Origin: Eubacteriales bacterium
Lineage (GTDB): Bacteria > Bacillota > Clostridia > Oscillospirales > CAG-272
Assembly (NCBI GenBank): GCA_045655045.1
Contig: JAZOON010000012.1
Coordinates: forward strand, 1 to 31,045
Length of the DNA stretch: 31,045 bases
Direction of reading: 5' to 3'
Of the stretch, positions 24,286 to 31,045 are shown one piece after another. Both the position numbers and the translations under genes were made by a program. Under the pieces are notes generated by a model that was given only the letters and a program-made list of their open reading frames with translations, was not told the origin of the DNA and did no database searches. Every line of letters begins with the position of its first letter. Within the stretch, counting starts at the first letter, position 1.

Positions 24286-25788
24286 ATGCTTTTAAATGAA
24301 CTTATGGCGGTCGTTGATTACAAGGAGATAATCAACCGCGCGGGAATAGACGCGAGCAGAACGAACGTGCTGTCGCTTTGCTCCGACTCCAGAAAGGCGA
24401 GCGTAAACTCTATGTTCGTTTGTATAAAGGGCGCGGTGGACGACGGACACGAGCATGCGGCGGATGCTTACGAGGAAGGCTGTAGAGTCTTCGTAACGGC
24501 GAAAAAAATAACTCTTCCCGACGATGCCTTTATAATAATAGCAAACGATACAAGAGTTGCGTTGGCTGAGCTGTCGGCGCATTTCTTCGGTCATCCCGCC
24601 GATGAAATGACTATTATCGGTATTACGGGAACTAAGGGAAAGACCACGTCATCTCTCCTTATATACAATATACTCAACGAGAGCGGTATTCCTACGGGAT
24701 ATATCGGTTCAAACGGAGTGAATTACCTTGAATATCAGTTTAATACGCTCAATACCACGCCTGAGAGCTACGACCTTCACGCGCATATGAGAAGGATGGT
24801 TGACGCAGGTGTTAAGACGCTCGTTATGGAGGTCTCGTCTCAGGCACTCAAAATGGCGAGAGTACACGGTATAAGGTTCAATACGTGCGTATTTACCAAT
24901 CTTGCGCCCGACCACATAGGAGAGTTTGAGCATCCCGATTTTGAGGATTACAAGAGATGCAAGAGTTCGCTGTTTACCGACTATGGCGCGGAGTTCGTTA
25001 TCTATAACGCGGACGATGAGTACGCGCAGGACGTTGTCGGAAGCTCGCGCGCGGATAAGACGAGTATTTCCGTTGGCGGCAACACGGATCTCAGGGCTGA
25101 TGAAATATCGTATTTCCGCTCTACGGGAAGCATAGGAGTTAAATTTGAGTGTACTATGGGTAAGGAGACCTTTCCCGTGTCTCTGTCCTTCCCAGGAGAA
25201 TTTTCAGTTTATAACGCCCTTACCGCTATTGCGGTATGCTCTCGTCTCGGACTTAGTGCAGAGCAGATAAGCTCCGCTATGGAGCACGTCCGCATAAAGG
25301 GACGCTTTGAGACGCACGAGCTTCCCGTGGGGGCTATGGTGGTAATAGATTATGCGCACAACGGCGTAAGCCTTAAGGCGGCGCTTGCGGCACTCAGAAG
25401 ATACGAGCCAAACCGTCTTATATGTCTTTTCGGCTCTATCGGCGGAAGAACGAAGATGCGCCGCGCGGAGCTTGGACTCGTTGCGTCGCGTGACGCGGAT
25501 TTCTGCATACTGACTGCGGACAACCCAGACAAAGAGCCACCAACGGCTATAATCAGCGAGATAGCGTCGTATTTTACAGCGGGAACGTGTCCTTACGTTG
25601 CAATTCCCGACAGACGTGAGGCTATAGAATACGCGCTTAACAACGCGCAAGAGGGGGACATAATACTTCTTGCGGGTAAGGGACATGAATCATATCAGAT
25701 AGTAAGCGGAGCAAGAAAGCATTTCAGCGAAACCGAAATAGTTGAGGAATTTTGCCAAGCGCAGACAAAGGAGAACGACGATGAATAA
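24286..25788 (+). CDS. murE: UDP-N-acetylmuramoyl-tripeptide synthetase (MurE family)
   Basis: ITGTKGKTT, NTTPES, MEVSSQA, FTNLAPDHI, GRFE, IDYAHN, TADNPD, AGKGHE. Confidence 0.9.
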   Translation: MLLNELMAVVDYKEIINRAGIDASRTNVLSLCSDSRKASVNSMFVCIKGAVDDGHEHAADAYEEGCRVFVTAKKITLPDDAFIIIANDTRVALAELSAHFFGHPADEMTIIGITGTKGKTTSSLLIYNILNESGIPTGYIGSNGVNYLEYQFNTLNTTPESYDLHAHMRRMVDAGVKTLVMEVSSQALKMARVHGIRFNTCVFTNLAPDHIGEFEHPDFEDYKRCKSSLFTDYGAEFVIYNADDEYAQDVVGSSRADKTSISVGGNTDLRADEISYFRSTGSIGVKFECTMGKETFPVSLSFPGEFSVYNALTAIAVCSRLGLSAEQISSAMEHVRIKGRFETHELPVGAMVVIDYAHNGVSLKAALAALRRYEPNRLICLFGSIGGRTKMRRAELGLVASRDADFCILTADNPDKEPPTAIISEIASYFTAGTCPYVAIPDRREAIEYALNNAQEGDIILLAGKGHESYQIVSGARKHFSETEIVEEFCQAQTKENDDE

Positions 25789-26746
25789 ATATCCGTTAAA
25801 GCTTACCTATACGGCAAAGACCGCGCTTTGGGCGGGAAAGAGACTTAAGGAAGAGTTTGGAAAAATATCGGACTATGATACCGTGTCCGAGACGTGGGAG
25901 CTGTCCGTCCGCGAGGACGAAATGGCGCGCGTGATAGGCGGTGAGGCTGACGGTCTGACCTTGGCTGAATATTTTGAGACGGTGGGATACGATTGCGTTA
26001 CTCCGACCTTTAAGGCGGGGGACAGATTTCCGCTTCTCGTCAAGCTCATAGATGCAAACGACATACTTTCCGTTCAGGTTCACCCCGACGATAACTACGC
26101 TCGCGACGTAGAGAACGATAGCGGAAAGACGGAAATGTGGTACGTAGTTGACGCCGTCGAGGACGCTGAGCTTGTTTTCGGACTTAAGGAAGGACTTGAC
26201 GAGGGCGATTTTGCCACGGCAGTTGCCGAAAAGAGGATAGGTGACGTTATGAATTACCGTAAGGTAAAGGCGGGAGACACGTATTTTATACCCGCGGGAA
26301 TGCTTCACGCCATAGGCGCGGGAATACTTATCGCGGAGATACAGCAAAATTCCGACCTTACCTACAGAGTTTACGATTTTGACCGCGTGGGAGCTGACGG
26401 CAAGCTTCGTCCTCTGCACGTTGATAAGGCGCTCGCGGTTACAAAGCCTTATGCTGAGGAACAGGTTGAGGCTATACGTTACGCGCGCGGAAAATGCGGC
26501 GGCGTGGGTGAGCTTCTTGCCAATTCCGAATATTTTGGCGCGAGAAGAGTATCGGTCAGCGGCGTCGTTACACTTACAGCCGACGCATCAAGCTTCCTTT
26601 CGGTGCTTTGCATTGACGGAGAGGGAAGTATCCTGCATAACGGCATGAGCTACGAGCTTAAAAAGGGTGACAGCTACTTTATCCCCGCGGGAATGGGCGA
26701 CTTCACAGTAAGCGGAAACAATACGCTGATAGTATCGAACGTATAA
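25781..26746 (+). CDS. manA: Mannose-6-phosphate isomerase, class I
   Basis: LWAGKRL, ETWELS, FPLLVKLIDANDILSVQVHPD, GKTEMWY, AGMLHAIG, EIQQNSDLTYRVYD. Start reassigned to ATG 25781 behind AGGAG. Confidence 0.92.
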   Translation: MNKYPLKLTYTAKTALWAGKRLKEEFGKISDYDTVSETWELSVREDEMARVIGGEADGLTLAEYFETVGYDCVTPTFKAGDRFPLLVKLIDANDILSVQVHPDDNYARDVENDSGKTEMWYVVDAVEDAELVFGLKEGLDEGDFATAVAEKRIGDVMNYRKVKAGDTYFIPAGMLHAIGAGILIAEIQQNSDLTYRVYDFDRVGADGKLRPLHVDKALAVTKPYAEEQVEAIRYARGKCGGVGELLANSEYFGARRVSVSGVVTLTADASSFLSVLCIDGEGSILHNGMSYELKKGDSYFIPAGMGDFTVSGNNTLIVSNV

Positions 26747-26748
26747 TC

Positions 26749-26794
26749 AAAACAGATAGGGCAAACGCTAAGCGTTTGCCCTATCTGTTTTTTA
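26749..26794. terminator. Bidirectional terminator (manA / XRE gene)
   Basis: 20-bp perfect arms AAAACAGATAGGGCAAACGC (26749-26768) / GCGTTTGCCCTATCTGTTTT (26772-26791), TAA loop. Confidence 0.85.
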
Positions 26795-27034
26795 TTTTAT
26801 TTCTTGCTCCAAATCGTAAAACAACGGAGAATCAAAAAACTCCTGAATAGTTATTTCTAAACCGTCGCAAAGCTTTTTTATTGTTGATACCGTTGCGCTG
26901 TTGTTTCTTCCGCTCACTATATTATTTAACGTAGATTGTGTCACGCCACTCATAGTTGCGAGTTTATTTACTGTTATTTTTCTGATGTTACAAAGATCAA
27001 GTATTCTTTCTCTTACAGCTTGTCCTATATTCAT
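26792..27034 (-). CDS. XRE/Cro-C1 family helix-turn-helix regulator
   Basis: ITVNKLATMSGVTQSTLNNI...TVSTIKKLCDGL; ATG 27034 behind AAGGAG. Confidence 0.85.
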   Translation of the reverse strand: MNIGQAVRERILDLCNIRKITVNKLATMSGVTQSTLNNIVSGRNNSATVSTIKKLCDGLEITIQEFFDSPLFYDLEQEIK

Positions 27035-27105
27035 TTCCAACTCCTTTTTTATTATCTTTCGATATATTGTAGCATTTTAAACTCAAAAAGATTAACTCAA
27101 AAGGG

Positions 27106-27134
27106 TTGACATTTGCGTTATTATGTGTTATAAT
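27106..27134 (+). promoter_or_regulatory. Consensus sigma-A promoter of the zinc-ribbon membrane protein
   Basis: TTGACA-17 bp-TATAAT with TG extension. Confidence 0.8.
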
Positions 27135-27183
27135 GTGGTAACACGTCGAAAACGTGAATAAAAAAGTGAGAGGAAGTACAAAA

Positions 27184-28059
27184 ATGACATGTCCAAACTG
27201 TAACCGAGAGATTTCGGAAGAAAGCAACTTTTGTCCGCACTGTATGGCAAAGCTAAAAAGAAACCTTACTCCATTTGAAAAATATGACAGAGTAATGCAA
27301 AAGCATCTGTCAGGACTTATTTTTCTTGCGTTGACCGTGGCGGCAACCATACTTAACGTAGTATTTCTGTTTAATATGCTCGATGCTCTTAAGCAGAGTA
27401 TGTTAAGTCTGATATTTGCAAGCGTTCCTTTTATCGTATCTACAATTACTACGGTGGGACTTTGGATAACTTGGATAAAGGCTAAAGGCGGTGTTGTAAG
27501 AATACGTGAGCAAAAGGGAAAAATAATGTGTCTTTCAAGCTTTTACTATATTATGGCATATGTTTTGTGTATAGGCGTTATAATAATAGGTTTATTAAGC
27601 ATATACTTGGTGTCCTCAGTCGGTAGCCTTGTAAACGATTTTATTGATTTTGCGGAGTTGTTTGAGAATGCAAATATAAAGAATTCGGGTAAAATCTTAA
27701 AAATGCTTACCGAAAATACTGTGGTAGTTCTGTTCGTTATGCTCGTTGCTATAGTCGCGGCATTCGTTATATTCATTATGAAATATAATGCTTTCAGAAG
27801 AATAATGGATTGCATAAGCAACGGATATGTTAGTGAACGAGTTCCGCATTACTATTCTAATTTTTATTCTATTGCGTCTTACGCATACGCACTTATTTTC
27901 TGCGTTATCGCGTTTACGTTTTCGTCGGAAATATTTTCAATATTACAGAACCTTATGTATGCGGTTATGTCTGCGCTTTCCGGCGTTTTGTTCGCGGTAT
28001 CCAAACGCGAAATTTACGATTGCTATATAGAAGAGCAGAGAGAAATTGTTGGAAATTAA
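27184..28059 (+). CDS. Zinc-ribbon domain multi-pass membrane protein
   Basis: N-terminal CPNC-x10-CPHC followed by about six hydrophobic segments; ATG 27184 behind GAGGA. Confidence 0.75.
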   Translation: MTCPNCNREISEESNFCPHCMAKLKRNLTPFEKYDRVMQKHLSGLIFLALTVAATILNVVFLFNMLDALKQSMLSLIFASVPFIVSTITTVGLWITWIKAKGGVVRIREQKGKIMCLSSFYYIMAYVLCIGVIIIGLLSIYLVSSVGSLVNDFIDFAELFENANIKNSGKILKMLTENTVVVLFVMLVAIVAAFVIFIMKYNAFRRIMDCISNGYVSERVPHYYSNFYSIASYAYALIFCVIAFTFSSEIFSILQNLMYAVMSALSGVLFAVSKREIYDCYIEEQREIVGN

Positions 28060-28062
28060 ATT

Positions 28063-28105
28063 AAAAAAATGGGTTATCTCAAGCTTGAGATAACCCAAAT
28101 TTTTT
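28063..28105. terminator. Bidirectional terminator (membrane protein / glmS)
   Basis: Perfect 28-bp palindrome TGGGTTATCTCAAGCTTGAGATAACCCA (28070-28097) flanked by A7 and a T-run. Confidence 0.8.
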
Positions 28106-29936
28106 ATTCTACCGTAACGGATTTAGCGAGATTTCTCGGCTTATCGACGTCAAGACCTTTGAGGGCAGAGACGTGGTACGCGAGAAGCTGGAGCGCTGTT
28201 GCCGAAACGAACGGAGCGAGAAGCTCGGGTACGTCGGGCAGTATCAGCGACCTGTCACAGGGAATATCGTATTTTTCGGCGAGGTCCTTTGCGCAGATCG
28301 AAACGACGAACGCGCCGCGCGATTTGACCTCGCGTATGCCGCTGACGGTCTTTTCGCATACCTTGGAAACGGTCGTCAGCGCAACGACAGGAGTTCCCTC
28401 GGTTACCAGCGAGATAGTTCCGTGCTTAAGCTCGCCTGCCGCGTACGCCTCACTGTGAATATAGGATATTTCCTTAAGCTTCAGCGAGCCCTCGACACAA
28501 AGCGTATAGTCAACGTCTCTTCCGATATAGAAAAGATGCTCTGCCGCTACGAGCATTGTGGCAATTTCGTAGATCTTCGTATCAAGAGCGAGAGTCTGCT
28601 CAATAGCCCATGGAATGATACTCAGCATAGAGCTGCATATATCCTTTGCCTCAGTTTCGGTAAGCGTTCCGTCCGTAAGCGCCATTTTTACCGCAAGCAG
28701 ATAGAGCAGGGAGCACTGAACGCTGTACGCCTTGGTGCTTGCAACGGCGATCTCGGGGCCCGCCCACGTATAAAGCACGCTGTCTGCCTCACGCGCGACG
28801 GACGAGCCTATAACGTTGACTATAGCCAACGTATAAACGCCCTGAGCCTTTGCGTGTCTGAGAGCCGCTAACGTGTCAGCCGTTTCTCCCGACTGTGACA
28901 GAAGAATTACGAGGTCGTTTTTGCGGAGAATGGGATCGCGGTAACGAAATTCACTTGCTATCTCGACGTTTACGGGCACGCGCGCAAGCTTCTCAATGAT
29001 AGCCTTGCCGACAAGTCCCGCGTGCATAGCAGTTCCGCACGCGACGATGTGAATGGACTCAAAGCGACGAAGCAGGTCGCCGTCAAGCGCCTCGATACCG
29101 AAATGGGGAAGTCCGTCCCGAATACGCGGCTCAAGCGTTTTTCTTATCGCCTCTGGCTCTTCGTTTATCTCCTTTATCATAAAGTGGGGATAACCGCCCT
29201 TTTGTGCTTGCTCTACGTCCCAATCAACGGTTTCCGTCTTTTGCTCCACCGCGTTGCCGTTTTCGTCAAAGAACGATACCTTACCGCGCTCAACCTTTGC
29301 AACGATACCCTCGTCAAGGCGGTAGTAGCTGTCGGTATATCTGAGTATGGCGGGAACGTCGGATGCGATAAATCCGCCCTCTCCGTCACATGCTACGATA
29401 AGGGGACTATCCTTTCTGACAGCCCAGATGGTGTCTTCCATACCCTTAAAAATGATACCGAAGGCATACGAGCCGCGAATGACCTTTATGGCACTCGATA
29501 TGGCGTCGATTGGATCGTGACTTTTTTTCCAGAACATATCAAGAAGCTTTGCGGCTCTTTCAGTGTCCGTCTCCGACGAGAAGGAGTATCCCGCGCCCTT
29601 AAGCATCTCCTCGATCTCCGCGTAGTTCTCAACAATGCCGTTGTGAACGAGGGAAAGATTTTCGGTGTAATGCGGGTGAGAGTTGCGGTCGGAGGGCTCG
29701 CCGTGAGTTGCCCAACGCGTGTGACCTATGCCACAGCTTCCGAGAAGCTCGCGTCCTTCGCCGAGCTTTTCTTCAAGATCGGTAAGACGTCCCTTGGACT
29801 TGACCGTAACAAGACCGCCGTCATCGGCTACGGTAACGCCCGCGGAATCGTAGCCTCTGTACTCAAGAGTTTTCAGCCCTTCAATGAGAATGGGAACGCA
29901 TTTTTTCGCCCCCGTGTAGCCAATAATTCCACACAT
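28104..29936 (-). CDS. glmS: Glutamine--fructose-6-phosphate transaminase (isomerizing)
   Basis: MCGIIGY N-terminus (Ntn Cys; start reassigned to 29936), LEYRGYDSAG, GHTRWATHG, SQSGETADT, AYAAGELKHG, PRNLAKSVTVE. Confidence 0.98.
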   Translation of the reverse strand: MCGIIGYTGAKKCVPILIEGLKTLEYRGYDSAGVTVADDGGLVTVKSKGRLTDLEEKLGEGRELLGSCGIGHTRWATHGEPSDRNSHPHYTENLSLVHNGIVENYAEIEEMLKGAGYSFSSETDTERAAKLLDMFWKKSHDPIDAISSAIKVIRGSYAFGIIFKGMEDTIWAVRKDSPLIVACDGEGGFIASDVPAILRYTDSYYRLDEGIVAKVERGKVSFFDENGNAVEQKTETVDWDVEQAQKGGYPHFMIKEINEEPEAIRKTLEPRIRDGLPHFGIEALDGDLLRRFESIHIVACGTAMHAGLVGKAIIEKLARVPVNVEIASEFRYRDPILRKNDLVILLSQSGETADTLAALRHAKAQGVYTLAIVNVIGSSVAREADSVLYTWAGPEIAVASTKAYSVQCSLLYLLAVKMALTDGTLTETEAKDICSSMLSIIPWAIEQTLALDTKIYEIATMLVAAEHLFYIGRDVDYTLCVEGSLKLKEISYIHSEAYAAGELKHGTISLVTEGTPVVALTTVSKVCEKTVSGIREVKSRGAFVVSICAKDLAEKYDIPCDRSLILPDVPELLAPFVSATALQLLAYHVSALKGLDVDKPRNLAKSVTVE

Positions 29937-29984
29937 ATATTCAATTTTCAAACGCTTCCTCGCTCGAAGGCGGGGATAGCGCGC

Positions 29985-30125
29985 TTTGTTTTGCGGTGTT
30001 TTTGTTTTGCGGTCACCCGCATATTTGTACGCCGTATGCGACAGTTTTCTCTGCCGACGGAGCATCCGCCGAAAATTTCGATAACTCCGTACCTCGTCAA
30101 CACGTCTCCGTGTCTGGCGCTTACT
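29985..30125 (-). ncRNA. glmS ribozyme (GlcN6P-activated self-cleaving riboswitch)
   Basis: Minus strand AGCGCCAG-ACACG(GAGA)CGTGT-TGACGAGG...TTATCGAA-ATT-TTCGGCGGATG and GCG-GGTGAC-CGC (GUGA tetraloop), upstream of glmS. Predicted cleavage between 30121 and 30120. Confidence 0.92.
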
Positions 30126-30150
30126 TACGATTTTTCAAAGTGATGTTTTA

Positions 30151-31044
30151 TCACTTTGAAGACAGTCTTTCGGTGATAACGTCAGCAACGTCCTTCGCGA
30201 TAGCTTCTATCCGAGATGCGTCGCTGCCTTCCACCATTACGCGGATAAGAGGCTCCGTTCCCGAAGGACGGACTACTATTCTTCCCGACGTTCCAAGCGC
30301 GCTCTTTGCTTCCTCAAGCTTTTCGTTAATCTCCCTGTCAGTATAGAACGCTATCTTACCCTCGTTCGATATTTTCAGATTGATCATGGTCTGGGGGTAA
30401 CGCTTCATAACGCTTGCAAGCTCGGAAAGCTTTTTGCCGCTCTTTTTGAGCATAACGAGAAGCTGAGTTGCCGTTAGCTGACCGTCTCCCGTAGTAGCGA
30501 AATCACGGAAAATGACGTGTCCCGACTGTTCACCGCCAAAGGAGTAATCCTCAAGCAGCATTTCCTCAAGCACGTATCTGTCGCCTACCTTTGTGGCGAT
30601 AAAGCGAAGTCCGTTTTCCTCGCAGAACTTACCAAAGCCAAAGTTGGTCATGATAGTTCCGACTACGGTGTTCTTGTTGAGCTTACCTCTGTTCTTTAAA
30701 TCAAGCGCGCATATCGCCATTATAAAGTCGCCGTCAACTGTCTCTCCGTTTTCATCTACGCAAAGACATCTGTCGGCGTCTCCGTCAAACGCGATACCGC
30801 AATCAAGACCGTTATCCGTAACGTATTTTGAAAGAGCTTCAAGGTGAGTTGAACCACATTCCTTGTTTATATTCTCTCCGTCGGGTTTGGCAGAAAGTAT
30901 AGAAACCTCAGCTCCGAGCTGCTTGAATAACTCGGGCGCTGTGACACTTGCAGAGCCGTTCGCGCAGTCAATGGCGATCCTCAGACCTGAAAGGCCCTCG
31001 TGCGCCGTGCTTTTGACGTGTCTTATGTAGTCGCTCGCCGCATC
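30151..31044 (-). CDS. glmM: Phosphoglucosamine mutase, 5' end outside the window
   Basis: The frame stays open from the window edge: IAIDCANGSAS, CGSTH, AFDGDADR, TIMTNFG, VGDRYVLEEM, GGEQSGH, RPSGTEPLIRVMVEG; upstream of glmS. Confidence 0.93.
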   Translation of the reverse strand, partial: DAASDYIRHVKSTAHEGLSGLRIAIDCANGSASVTAPELFKQLGAEVSILSAKPDGENINKECGSTHLEALSKYVTDNGLDCGIAFDGDADRCLCVDENGETVDGDFIMAICALDLKNRGKLNKNTVVGTIMTNFGFGKFCEENGLRFIATKVGDRYVLEEMLLEDYSFGGEQSGHVIFRDFATTGDGQLTATQLLVMLKKSGKKLSELASVMKRYPQTMINLKISNEGKIAFYTDREINEKLEEAKSALGTSGRIVVRPSGTEPLIRVMVEGSDASRIEAIAKDVADVITERLSSK

Positions 31045-31045
31045 C

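Noticed and set aside
27040-28104. Tn7-like insertion at attTn7 downstream of glmS
   Set aside because: No TGT...ACA ends, repeated TnsB sites or tns/tniQ genes; the glmS stop is followed directly by its terminator.
1-31045. CRISPR arrays, transposases, integrases, prophage or defence genes
   Set aside because: No regularly spaced repeats or diagnostic motifs were found in the sequence or the ORF track.

Overview
Chromosomal segment of a Firmicute. Sigma-A promoters, a glmM-glmS pair with a glmS ribozyme and lipoprotein/C-terminally anchored surface proteins suggest an uncultured gut or rumen clostridium (inference). Left to right: (i) tRNA-Asn and two identical tRNA-Lys(CTT) genes, each inside a short inverted-repeat cassette, bracketing a ~1 kb islet with a multi-hairpin element and a peptidase C26 gene; (ii) a minus-strand operon of GH78 alpha-L-rhamnosidase, glycerophosphodiesterase and an EEP-phosphoesterase lipoprotein; (iii) a ~10 kb minus-strand surface-protein cluster: an orphan solute-binding lipoprotein, two GLUG-like proteins ending in a near-identical GGCGS-TM-KKKED tail, a 1633-aa GLUG-EEP fusion and a 44-aa peptide missed by the ORF track; (iv) a GH4 alpha-galacturonidase (LplD-like), rhaBAD and a divergent AraC regulator; (v) a GNAT, an Asp/Glu racemase-murE-manA operon, an XRE/zinc-ribbon membrane protein pair, glmS with its ribozyme and 5'-truncated glmM. 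The best candidates for undescribed biology are the Cys-containing C-terminal sorting signal, the inverted-repeat-enclosed duplicated tRNA cassette, the junction-ladder element, the small YxxP peptide and the rhamnosidase-phosphodiesterase operon. All family calls come from motif recognition, not database searches.
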